The notes beneath the pieces are model-generated. The model was not told where the DNA came from. It did no database searches and saw only the letters and a program-made list of their open reading frames with translations. A program made the translations under genes and the position numbers. From a virus (lineage: Duplodnaviria > Caudoviricetes): DNA of 64,000 nt. Below, one piece after another: positions 42,428 to 51,668 of this stretch (positions are counted from its first letter, which is position 1; each line of letters opens with the position of its first letter). Location: positions 2,428 through 66,427 of IMG/VR virus record IMGVR_UViG_3300025715_000026. One strand, written 5' to 3'.

Positions 42428-44797
42428 ATGGACGATAAATACCTCCCCGGCGTTGAGCGGCTGTATGGGCTGGGCGCAAGCTTCACCCCGCTCAACGGCA
42501 AGGTTCCGATCACCAAGGAGTGGGCGGCCCAGCCCCGCGAGAGCCTGGAGCAGGCTCTGGCCTGGGCTGCGGCCGGCAACATCGGCATGCGCACCGGCGG
42601 CAACTCCGGCGGCATCATCGCGGTCGACGTTGAGTCCGACGCCGAGCCGGGGGCATACGAGGCCCTGGGCCTGCCGCCCACCCTGGCCGTCCGGACCGGG
42701 TCCGGCGGCTTCCACTACTACTTCCGCGCCAACGGCCACCGCATCAAGAACAGCGCCAGCAAGCTGGTCCCTGACATTGACGTGCGCGGCGAGGGTGGCC
42801 AGGTGGTGTTCCCCGGCAGCATCCATCCCGAGACCGGCCAGCCCTACGAGTTCCTCAACCCCGACCAGCCCATAGCGCAGATCCCCGAGGAGTTCGTCCA
42901 GCAGTACGCCCCGAAGATACTCAAGGACTGGAAACCGCCGAAGCCGGCGGCCACGCCCCCGCCGGTGGCGATCCCAGGCGAGCACCCATACCTGCGCCGA
43001 GCGCTGGAGGGGGAGTGCCGCAACGTGGCCACCGCGCCCGAGGGCACCCGCAACGACACCCTCAACACCGCCGCGTTCAAGCTCGGCTCCCTGGTCGGGG
43101 CCAACGCCCTGCACCGAGACGAGGTCGAGGGAGCGCTCCTGGCCGCCGCCTCCCAGTGCGGCCTGCCCGAGCACGAGGCCAGGGCGGCCATCCGGTCGGG
43201 CCTGGAGGCCGGGACGCGCAACCCCCGGACGCTGCCCGACAGCGTTACCCATCCCCGAGAGCCCTGGCAGCCGAAGGACGAGGATGTCCCCGACCACTGC
43301 CTCGACGCCGTTCCCGAGTTCGAGATCCCTCCCGAGCTGATCGAAGAGCGCGGGGAGCCGGGGGCGAAGCCCCCGAAGGGCAAGGAGCCGCCGGCCATCT
43401 TCTCGGTCGACAACGTGGTGCAGGGGTTCACCGACGAGCGCCAGAGGATCGTGTACTACCGGGACATCCTCTACCAATACGACGGCCGGTGCTACCATCC
43501 GCTGACCGACAACCAGGCCCGAGCCCGCCTGGTAGAGCACGTCGTGGGGGCCAAGCGCAGGCGGAAGATCTGGCTGATACCCGGTGAGCCCGGCGAAAGC
43601 CCAACGCCCGAGATCGTCAACCCCAAGCCCGCCTTCCTGAACCACGCGCTTGACATGGTTAAGGGGTTCGGGGTCATAGACTACCGCCCGAACATCCCCT
43701 TCTGGATAACGACGGGGATGCCAGCCGACAACCACGTCGCCCTGGAAAACGGCATCCTCAACCTCGACACCTACGAGCTCGCGCCCCACGACCCGGACTG
43801 CTTCATCCTTGCCGCCTTGCCCTATGGCTATGACCCCGAGGCCAGCTGCCCCAGGTTCATGGAGTTCCTGAACGAGATCATGCAGGGCGACGAGCGGAAG
43901 ATCATGGCCATCCAGGAGGTGTTCGGGTACTGCCTGCAGAGCACCCAGGACGGTCAAAAGGTGTTCGTGTTCATCGGCGAGGGAAAGAACGGCAAAACGG
44001 TCACGGCCAACGTTCTCAAGATGCTGATCGGCCCGTCCAACTGCTCGGCCGTGCCCCTGGAGAACCTGCACGACCCCCACGCCACCGCCGGCATGGTTGG
44101 CAAGATGCTGAACTTCTCGATGGAGTGGAAGTACATCGAGCCGCAGGCCGAGGGCGTGCTCAAGGCCATCTCCGGCGGCGATCCGGTCAACGTCAACCCC
44201 AAGAACAAGCCCCTGTTCGCCACCGTGCTGCCGACGAAGATCGTGGTCATCTCCAATGAGCCGCCGCACATCAACGACCGCACGCAGGGGATGTGGAGGC
44301 GCATCCACCTCCTCCCGTTCAACTACACGGTCCCCGACAACCAGACCATCCCGATGGAGACCCTGCTCGACGCCTTCCGGAAGGAGCTGCCGGGCATCCT
44401 GAACTGGGCCGTCGAGGGCCTGCGGGCGTGGAGAATGCAAAAGTGCTTCACCACCACCCAGGAGATGGACGTCGCCCTCGACACCTACCGCAAGGGGTCG
44501 TCGACGGTGTGGTCATGGGCCGAGGAGACCGTGGTGGTTTCGGCCGATGGGCGGTATCTGGCCGCCGATGCCTATAAGGGCTATGTCGAGTGGTGCAAGG
44601 ACAACGGCCACAAGTCGTCCTCAAGCATCAATTTTGGCATCGACCTGGCCCGGTGGTACAAGCAACGCTCGTCCGGAGGAATACTCAAGAAGAACCGCGT
44701 CATGGTGGCCGGATCACGCGAGTACTACTACGAGGGGATCGCCGACATCCAGACCGCCACCCTGCCTCCAGGGCTTGAGGCCGGAGGCGTTTTATGA
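42428..44797 (+). CDS. Primase-helicase: bifunctional Prim-Pol + PriCT + D5/P4-type SF3 helicase (789 aa)
   Basis: GNIGMRTG, VDVE, TGSGGFHYYF, DVRGEGGQVVFPGS, GTRNDTL, Walker A GEGKNGKT, RTQGMWRRI. Confidence 0.92.
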   Translation: MDDKYLPGVERLYGLGASFTPLNGKVPITKEWAAQPRESLEQALAWAAAGNIGMRTGGNSGGIIAVDVESDAEPGAYEALGLPPTLAVRTGSGGFHYYFRANGHRIKNSASKLVPDIDVRGEGGQVVFPGSIHPETGQPYEFLNPDQPIAQIPEEFVQQYAPKILKDWKPPKPAATPPPVAIPGEHPYLRRALEGECRNVATAPEGTRNDTLNTAAFKLGSLVGANALHRDEVEGALLAAASQCGLPEHEARAAIRSGLEAGTRNPRTLPDSVTHPREPWQPKDEDVPDHCLDAVPEFEIPPELIEERGEPGAKPPKGKEPPAIFSVDNVVQGFTDERQRIVYYRDILYQYDGRCYHPLTDNQARARLVEHVVGAKRRRKIWLIPGEPGESPTPEIVNPKPAFLNHALDMVKGFGVIDYRPNIPFWITTGMPADNHVALENGILNLDTYELAPHDPDCFILAALPYGYDPEASCPRFMEFLNEIMQGDERKIMAIQEVFGYCLQSTQDGQKVFVFIGEGKNGKTVTANVLKMLIGPSNCSAVPLENLHDPHATAGMVGKMLNFSMEWKYIEPQAEGVLKAISGGDPVNVNPKNKPLFATVLPTKIVVISNEPPHINDRTQGMWRRIHLLPFNYTVPDNQTIPMETLLDAFRKELPGILNWAVEGLRAWRMQKCFTTTQEMDVALDTYRKGSSTVWSWAEETVVVSADGRYLAADAYKGYVEWCKDNGHKSSSSINFGIDLARWYKQRSSGGILKKNRVMVAGSREYYYEGIADIQTATLPPGLEAGGVL

Positions 44798-45186
44798 GTA
44801 GGTGGTGGTCCACAAGCATCATGGGGGCGTTCAAGCTCAACGGGGGCCGAGCTTCGGCAAACTTCCCCAGGGAGCCCGGAGTCTATGTGGTGTATGCCAT
44901 CGACAACGGCGATAGAACGCTCATCTACATTGGGTCCTCAGACAACCTGCGCGTTCGGTGGGATGACTACGTTCGTCCCCTGAAACTCTGGAGGCGGTTT
45001 GCCGACCCCGTTAAGCATAAAAGCATTTTCTTCAAGACCTGCCGTCGCCAGGGGTACTTCGACGACATCGTGGTCAAGATGCGCTTTTCCAAGCGGCCAG
45101 GCGAGCACCTGATGGCTGAATATCGCCTGATAAACAGGGTCAAGCCCCCCTGGAACCGCTCAAACAAGCGAAACAGTCATGATTAA
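44794..45186 (+). CDS. GIY-YIG endonuclease (130 aa)
   Basis: PGVYVVY...IYIGSSDNLRVRW; terminal E...I...P.WN; lower GC. Confidence 0.85.
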   Translation: MSRWWSTSIMGAFKLNGGRASANFPREPGVYVVYAIDNGDRTLIYIGSSDNLRVRWDDYVRPLKLWRRFADPVKHKSIFFKTCRRQGYFDDIVVKMRFSKRPGEHLMAEYRLINRVKPPWNRSNKRNSHD

Positions 45187-45400
45187 TTGCCCTAGGTTTG
45201 CCCCCCCACTGCCCTATACCCTATGGGGCAGTGCATCCCTCAAGATAAATACCCCTTGCGCCAATTTGCCCTATGTGTCCTACCAGATCGGTGGTCCTTT
45301 GCCGACACTCAGGGGGAGTCGTTGTGTGGCGGGGGGATGCGTTTCGATAGGACACATAGGGCACCCGGCCGAATTAGGCCACTTAGGGTATAGGGCAATT
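45186..45400. repeat. Nested inverted repeats with TGCCCTA cores (origin candidate)
   Basis: TGCCCTATACCCTA 45210-45223 / 45384-45397; TGCCCTATGTGTCCTA 45267-45282 / 45348-45363; extra TGCCCTA 45188-45194. Confidence 0.8.
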
Positions 45401-45473
45401 TTCAAGATTCGTCAGACCGCCCGCTCATCCCGTTCGGGCCGGTTTTTAGCGCCACAGGCGCAAGGAGGACCCC

Positions 45474-46289
45474 ATGCCCCGGAACCCCGAAGTCGCCCCC
45501 GATCCCGCCACGTCGGCCAACGCTGGCCCGGCACGGCCCCCTGTGGAGGGCAGCGCAGCCCCCGCCGGGGAGGACGCCCTGCGCATACCCATGCCGGCCG
45601 GGGTTCCGGCCAGGACGCCCTTGCCGGGCGCGGTTGACCTGGCCAACGTTCGGCCGCTGATGGGCCAGGCGGTCCCGGCGGCCCCCCGGCCCCAGGCCAT
45701 CAACCTGGGCGGCCTGGTGGAGATGGTGCGGGACGTCGTCGTGCGCATGGACAAGCTGGAGGCCGACCGGGCCAGGTTCTTCGCCGAGGCCAGCCGGCGG
45801 CTGGATGGTGAGATCTCCCGTCTTCGGGCGGAAACGCAGGCGGCCTGCGAGGCGATTGGAAGCCGGGCCGAGGACCGGGCGCGGGAGATCGGGGCCAGGA
45901 TTGACCATCGGTATGCCGGCGAGTTCGAGGCCATGCGCACGCTCCGGGCGGGCGTTGGGGATTTGCTCCAGAACCTGAGCGCCGTGGCCGATGAGTCCAA
46001 GAAGGCGGCCGAGGCGGCGACGGCGCAGGCGGGGCGGGTGGGCCTGGCCAACACGAAGATCGACATGCTGAGCGCCAGCTTCGACCGGCTCAAGACTGAC
46101 CTGGCGTCGAAGGCGGCGGCCGACGGGGAGGCGCTGGTCAAGAAGATCACGGCGGCCGTGGACGACGCGTCGAAGGCGCTGCGCGACGCCGGCCAGGCTG
46201 CCAAGGACTTCTCCCTGCTCAACGGCCGGGTCCAGGCGCTGGAAAACTACCGGGACCGGGCGTCGAAGGCGGGAACGGGGAGGCGGTAG
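45474..46289 (+). CDS. Coiled-coil protein (271 aa)
   Basis: Pro-rich N-terminus, long heptad helices. Confidence 0.65.
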   Translation: MPRNPEVAPDPATSANAGPARPPVEGSAAPAGEDALRIPMPAGVPARTPLPGAVDLANVRPLMGQAVPAAPRPQAINLGGLVEMVRDVVVRMDKLEADRARFFAEASRRLDGEISRLRAETQAACEAIGSRAEDRAREIGARIDHRYAGEFEAMRTLRAGVGDLLQNLSAVADESKKAAEAATAQAGRVGLANTKIDMLSASFDRLKTDLASKAAADGEALVKKITAAVDDASKALRDAGQAAKDFSLLNGRVQALENYRDRASKAGTGRR

Positions 46290-47079
46290 ATGGGCGTCGG
46301 CGACGAGGCGAAAGAGCTGCTGCGGATGGCCGGCGGCCGGCTGGTGATATCCGAGGGGGTGGTCTCCCCGCAGTTCGTCGCCGACTATGGTGCGCCCGCT
46401 GGGATGGTGAACATGCACGCCAGGGCGCTGCAGGAGGAGTGGGCGGGGAAGCGCGTGGTGCTTCCGGGGGCCGTACTGATCCTGTTCAGGCAGAACACGG
46501 TGATGACGGTGGTCATGGGCGTGCCGGGACATCTGTGCCTGTTGGACGGGATGCTGGCGGTGGCCGCCTTTGCCATGCGCTACAGGCCGACATCCGTGGC
46601 CCTCGTCTCGTCCGGCCTGCTCCTGCCCGACGCCAAGGACATGCCGGACGATATCATCGAGAAGCTGCTGGTCGCGGCCAGCAAGGGGTCGGAGCCCGCC
46701 GGCAACGTCCAGGTCACCAGGGTGATCACCGTGGCCGCCCGCAACATCCAGGGGGACGTGGCGCTGAGCGTTTTCACCCCCATGATGCGCGACGGGGTCA
46801 TTGCGGGGTTCGCAAGGGAGGACATGCCCACCGAGGAGATCTTGGCGGGCGGCAATCCGTGCATGGCCCTGGAGGCCATGTTCCTGTGGCGAGAGCGAGA
46901 GGAGAATGGCTGACATGGAAAACAACCAGGGCGGGCGATGGGACAGGGACGAGATCGAGGCTGCGGAGCCCGAACGGCCCGAGGACAGCGGCGGGGTGTG
47001 CGGGTGCATAGCCACGATTCTGCTGGTCCTTCTGGTCGGGGGCGTTGCCGTCGCCATCTGGTTCCTGACGCGCTCTTGA
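46290..47079 (+). CDS. Hypothetical protein (46290-46913) and small TM protein (46906-47079)
   Basis: Abutting ORFs; second has a C-terminal TM helix. Confidence 0.55.
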
Positions 47080-47124
47080 TTTTTATAAGAATTGTCTTGA
47101 CACGGCCATCGCCCGAGCTACAAT
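47077..47124 (+). promoter_or_regulatory. Right-arm promoter with AT-rich upstream block
   Basis: TGATTTTTATAAGAATT-N3-TTGACA-N16-TACAAT. Confidence 0.75.
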
Positions 47125-47188
47125 GCCTGCGATGCCTGGGCGTCCGGGCGTGAAGGAGAAGAACGGAAGGCACGAGGAGGAGCCGGAC

Positions 47189-47794
47189 ATGGAAGCCGAG
47201 AAGAGTTCCGCTGGGGCCGAGACAACCCAGGAGGCCAAGGGCGGCCCAACCGTGGTGACCTCGACGAACAAGAAGGAGGCCCTGCGGGCCTTCAAGGTCT
47301 GCCGGGTGGACGGCTGCAAGAACCCCCACCACGCTCGCGGCCTCTGCCACGAGCACTACGACCAGGAGAAGCGCAAGGCCAAGGCGTGCAAGGTCGCCGG
47401 TTGCGCGGGGGCGGTGGCGCATCGCGGCCTCTGCCTGGCGCACCAGGACTACGTGCCGGAGAGCAAGGCCAAGGCGGCGGTGAAGGCCCCGGAGGAGAAG
47501 GCCGAGAAGGCCCCCAAGGCCAAGAAGGAGCCCAAGCCCAAGGCGGAGAAGAAGCCCAAGGCGGAGAAGCCCGCCCGGATGGGCCAGCTTGACGCGGCGG
47601 TTCTGGTCATGGGCCGCACCCCGCAGACCTGCCAGGAGATCTGCGCGGCCATCAAGGCCAAGGGGCTGTGGGAGTCAAAGAAGGGCAAGACCCCGGACGC
47701 CACGCTGAACGCCGCGATCCGCCGGGAGATCAAGACCAAGGGCGCGGAGTCGCGGTTCGCCTGCCCCGAGCGCGGGAAGTATTGCCGGGCCTGA
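47189..47794 (+). CDS. Two C-x4-C...RGLC..H zinc modules + Lys-rich linker + HARE-HTH domain (201 aa)
   Basis: LDAA...GLW....[21 protein letters not shown]...RGK is the HARE-HTH pattern. Confidence 0.75.
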   Translation: MEAEKSSAGAETTQEAKGGPTVVTSTNKKEALRAFKVCRVDGCKNPHHARGLCHEHYDQEKRKAKACKVAGCAGAVAHRGLCLAHQDYVPESKAKAAVKAPEEKAEKAPKAKKEPKPKAEKKPKAEKPARMGQLDAAVLVMGRTPQTCQEICAAIKAKGLWESKKGKTPDATLNAAIRREIKTKGAESRFACPERGKYCRA

Positions 47795-47822
47795 CGGCCA
47801 GGCAGGCAAGGATCTCCCCGCG

Positions 47823-48149
47823 ATGCTGTACCTGTGCTCTCCCTACTCGGACCCCGACCCGGCCGTGCGCCAGGAGCGTTTCGAGGCGGTCTGCCGGGCG
47901 GCGGCCAAGCTGATGGCCAAGGGCCTGGTGGTGTTCAGCCCGATAGCGCACACGCACCACATCGCCCTGGCCGGCAACCTGCCCACCGGATGGGACTACT
48001 GGCAGCGGGTGGACGAGGCGTTCCTGGCGGCCTGCAGCCGGGTGGTCGTGCTGGAGCTGCCGGGGTGGAGGGAGAGCAAGGGGATCGCGGAGGAGCTGCG
48101 GCTGGCGCGGGTGATGGGCAAGGACATCAGCTACCTGAAGCCGGAGTGA
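47823..48149 (+). CDS. DUF1937-like (nucleoside deoxyribosyltransferase-fold) protein
   Basis: YLCSPYS, VFSPIAHTH, LPGWRESKG..EE. Confidence 0.8.
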   Translation: MLYLCSPYSDPDPAVRQERFEAVCRAAAKLMAKGLVVFSPIAHTHHIALAGNLPTGWDYWQRVDEAFLAACSRVVVLELPGWRESKGIAEELRLARVMGKDISYLKPE

Positions 48150-48152
48150 ACG

Positions 48153-49565
48153 ATGAGCGACCTTAAGGCCCCCTTCACGTGGTTCGGTGGAAAAAGCCGT
48201 GTGGCCCCGACCGTCTGGAAGCGCCTGGGCGACGTGGGGTGTTTCGTCGAGCCCTTCGCCGGCAGCCTGGCCGTCCTGCTCTCGCGTCCCCACTGGCCGT
48301 TCCCGGCCGAGGGGCGGCACTACGAGACCGTCAACGACCTGAACGCCGACCTGACAAACGCATGGCGTGCGATCCAGGGGGCACCCGACGAGGTGGCCAA
48401 GTACGCCGACCATCCGATCCACGAGATCGACCTGATCGCCCGCCACCGGTGGAATAACACGGAGGCGAAGAAGCGGGTGGCCAAGCTGAAGGAGGACCCG
48501 CACTACTTCGACGCCGAGGCCGCCGGCATCTGGCTGTGGGGCATGAGCCTCTGGATCGGCCAGGGGTGGGACGTGACGCCCGGCAAGGGGTCGCCCCCGA
48601 AGATGAAGATGCCCCACTCCACGAACCAGGGGATCAACCGGAAGACCGGGGGCGGGGAGGGCAACGAGGAGCAGGACGCGGACCCTGGAACGGGGGAGGA
48701 GCGGGCGGCCTGGCTGCGGAGCTACATGCGGGCCTTAGCCGACCGCCTGCGCGGCGTCCGGGTCTGCTGCGGGGACTGGGCGCGGGTGCTGACGCCGTCG
48801 CTCACGGTACACGTTGCGCCGACGGTCGGCGTGTTCCTCGATCCCCCGTACTGCGGGGAGGACCGGGCCGACGTCTACGTCCACGAGGACTATGGCGTGG
48901 CCCACAAGGTCCGCGAGTGGGCGGTGAAGGCCGGGGAGGACAAGCGCTTCCGGATCGCCCTTTGCGGGTACGAGGGCGAATACAAGGTGCCCGACACCTG
49001 GTCGATCTTCCGGTGGAAGGCGGTCGGGGGGTTCGGGAACCAGCGCAAGGACGGCGGCAAGAACGCCAACCGGCAGCGGGAGCGGATATGGTTCAGCCCC
49101 CACTGCCTGCTCGACGACCAGGGGGCGCTGTCCTTCGGCGAGGGCGACGCGATGGCCGAGGCGAACGGCCCGGAGCAGATGGAGAACTGCACCACCGAGG
49201 AGAAGGACAAGGTGGTGGTCCCGGTGGCCAAGCCGGATCCGTCGCCCCGGCCCGCCCGGCCGGCGGCCGTCCTGGGCAAGCAGGACGGCATGTTCGGTGG
49301 GCCTGTCGCCCAGGGCGTTATACGGGATGTGCAGACCGTCGATGAGCTTGAAGGGGATTCTCCTGCCGACCCGGCCTTGTCCGCAACCGGGCAGCCGGTC
49401 ATCCCCCCGGAGGCGGCGTCAGTCTCGGGGGCAGGCAACGGTGGGGGCGGCGGGGAATGCGAGGCTGGTGGGGAGGGGGAGGCCGAGGTGGTTTCCGGCG
49501 ACCCCAAGGCTGAACCCTCCCCCCAACCCGAGCCCGCCGGCAAAGACGCCGAGGGATGGTTCTAG
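48153..49565 (+). CDS. D12-class (Dam-like) DNA adenine methyltransferase with acidic C-terminal extension
   Basis: WFGGKS, FVEPFAGS, VNDLN, FLDPPY. Confidence 0.9.
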   Translation: MSDLKAPFTWFGGKSRVAPTVWKRLGDVGCFVEPFAGSLAVLLSRPHWPFPAEGRHYETVNDLNADLTNAWRAIQGAPDEVAKYADHPIHEIDLIARHRWNNTEAKKRVAKLKEDPHYFDAEAAGIWLWGMSLWIGQGWDVTPGKGSPPKMKMPHSTNQGINRKTGGGEGNEEQDADPGTGEERAAWLRSYMRALADRLRGVRVCCGDWARVLTPSLTVHVAPTVGVFLDPPYCGEDRADVYVHEDYGVAHKVREWAVKAGEDKRFRIALCGYEGEYKVPDTWSIFRWKAVGGFGNQRKDGGKNANRQRERIWFSPHCLLDDQGALSFGEGDAMAEANGPEQMENCTTEEKDKVVVPVAKPDPSPRPARPAAVLGKQDGMFGGPVAQGVIRDVQTVDELEGDSPADPALSATGQPVIPPEAASVSGAGNGGGGGECEAGGEGEAEVVSGDPKAEPSPQPEPAGKDAEGWF

Positions 49566-49578
49566 GAGAGGAGAGGCA

Positions 49579-50677
49579 ATGTCCGAGGACAAGAACATCA
49601 AGATGGCCCTGCTTTTTGAGCTTCGCAAGAAGCTGAGCTTTGAGATGCAGGACATGGTCCGCAACCCGGCGAAGTACAACAACGCCGACGTGCAGGACTA
49701 CATCCGGGACTTCTGCAAGCGGCACAACCTGCAGTTCCTGGTCCGGCCGCAGAAGGATGCCCCGAACATCCTGCACCTGTTCGTCCGCGACCCGGTGCTG
49801 GAGGCGGTGGACTTCACGCCGGGGGCAGCCAACGCCACGCATCTCGGCTGGGTGGAGAAGAACACGCAGTCGACCTGAAAGGGGGATCGCATGGATCTGA
49901 GCATCGACATCAAGGTTCCGCTGGAGACGCCCGACAAGGCCGAGCGCCGGCTGGTCATCACGGTCAATCCGTTCACGGTTGCCGCGACCAAGGAGCTGGC
50001 CGTGCGGGCCGAGGAGGTGGCCGGCGACGGGACGGTCAAGGTCCTGGGCAAGGCCGACCTCAAGCTCGGCTCTCTCCTCAACCTGGCCAAGCAGTCGTCG
50101 AAGGGCGGCAAGTAGCGTGTCCCCGCGCAAGGGGAAGGCCAAGGGGCGGCCCCCGACCAGCTACAATCGCCGCGTCATGTGCGGCTATGTCGCGGGGCCG
50201 GAGGTGATCAAGGGCTACCAGGCCCTGGTCCGGCGCATGAACGACGTTCGCCCGAAGGGCGAGCACAAGATCACCGTGTCGGCCCTGGCGGGCCGGCTGC
50301 TGGAGGGGATGCTCCCGCTCATGGAGAAGCATACTCCGGAGCAGGTGCTTAAGGGGCTTTACGGTGCCAAGGCCAAGGCTGAGCGATAAGGCCCGCGAGG
50401 TGGTGCGGGACGTCATGGCCCGGCCCAGCGTGAGGGGGCCGAAGCCGAAGGGCAAGAAGGGCGGCAAGCGGTGAGCAGCAACGGCAGCGACGCCGAAGGC
50501 AGCGCGATGACGGGGATCATCATCTTGGCGGTGATCGCGGCCCTCGCCATTGGCTTCTTCTACCTGGTGCGCCACTTCTCTTCCGCCCCGAAGCCGCCCC
50601 CGGTGGCCGTGGTCAAGTGCCCGCATTGCGGCAAGGACGTCCCCATCCGGGTGGTGCGGCCGGAGGAGGAGAAGTAG
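49579..50677 (+). CDS. Run of small hypothetical ORFs (49579-49878, 49891-50115, 50117-50389, 50471-50677)
   Basis: Tight operon spacing; last has TM plus CPHC. Confidence 0.55.
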
Positions 50678-50679
50678 CC

Positions 50680-50955
50680 GTGGCCGTCTACGTCGACCCC
50701 CTGATGGACCACGGCTGGTGCTGGGCCGGCAAGCCGACCAAGAGCTGCCACCTGTTCGCCGACAGTCTCGACGAGCTGCTGGCCTTCGCCCTCAAGATCT
50801 GGCTCAAGCGCGAGTGGCTTCAGGGGGTTGACCGCCAGCCGCCCTTCCCCCACTTCGACCTCATCCCGTCCAAGCGCCGGGCGGCGATCAAGGCCGGGGC
50901 GGTGGAGTTGACGAGGGAGGAGGCGGTGGCGAAGTGGAGGGGAGGCGAGGGATGA
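50680..50955 (+). CDS. DUF4031-like protein
   Basis: VYVD...CHLFADSLDEL..FA...HFDL...KR..AI.AGA. Confidence 0.8.
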   Translation: MAVYVDPLMDHGWCWAGKPTKSCHLFADSLDELLAFALKIWLKREWLQGVDRQPPFPHFDLIPSKRRAAIKAGAVELTREEAVAKWRGGEG

Positions 50956-51668
50956 GCAACGAGAACGCCGTGGAAATCTGCACGGGCTGCACCGATCTTG
51001 ACGGCCGCCATAAGGTGGTAGACGGCCGGTGCTGGTTCTGTGGCGGGCAGGTGCCCAAGGAACCCGACGAGGCGACCTTTACCCCCCGCCTGCTCATCGG
51101 TCCGGACGCGTCCACCGTTAAGAACCTGGCCATGCTGGTTCGGCGGATGGCCAGCCTGCTAAAGGGAAGGCCCATCGCCGCCCAGGCGTGGCGCTACCTA
51201 TGCATCAAGGGGCTGCAGGGTAGTCCCCTGCGCGAGGACGACCACGATCCCGCCCCGACGACGGAGGACGGCCTGAGCTTCCGCCGCTGGCAGCGGATCA
51301 ACGTGGTTCGCTGCGCCGAGGCGTTTGCCCACGACGTGGACGGCTGGAACCTGCTGGAGTGGGCCGGCGCGACGGCCGGCGAAGTGGGTGAAGTGGCCAA
51401 CGTCTGCAAGAAGATCCGCCGCATAGAAACGAACACCGGCGGCAAGTGGTCAAAGAAGGATCCGCCGTTGCCCGAGCTCAAGGCCAAGCTGGCCGACGAG
51501 ATCGGCGACGTTCTGGCCTACCTGGCCCTGCTGGCCGAGGCCGCCGGCCTGGACATGGGGGCGTGCGCGGCCGGGAAGTTCGACAAGGTGAGCGATGCGG
51601 CCGAGTGGCCGGGGGAACGCCTGGTGGCCGCGCCCGCCGCGCCGGACAAGAAGGGGGGCGGGGCGTGA
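50952..51668 (+). CDS. MazG-like nucleotide pyrophosphohydrolase with N-terminal phage modules
   Basis: GEVGEVANVCKK...LADEIGDVL...KFDKVS. Confidence 0.85.
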   Translation: MSNENAVEICTGCTDLDGRHKVVDGRCWFCGGQVPKEPDEATFTPRLLIGPDASTVKNLAMLVRRMASLLKGRPIAAQAWRYLCIKGLQGSPLREDDHDPAPTTEDGLSFRRWQRINVVRCAEAFAHDVDGWNLLEWAGATAGEVGEVANVCKKIRRIETNTGGKWSKKDPPLPELKAKLADEIGDVLAYLALLAEAAGLDMGACAAGKFDKVSDAAEWPGERLVAAPAAPDKKGGGA

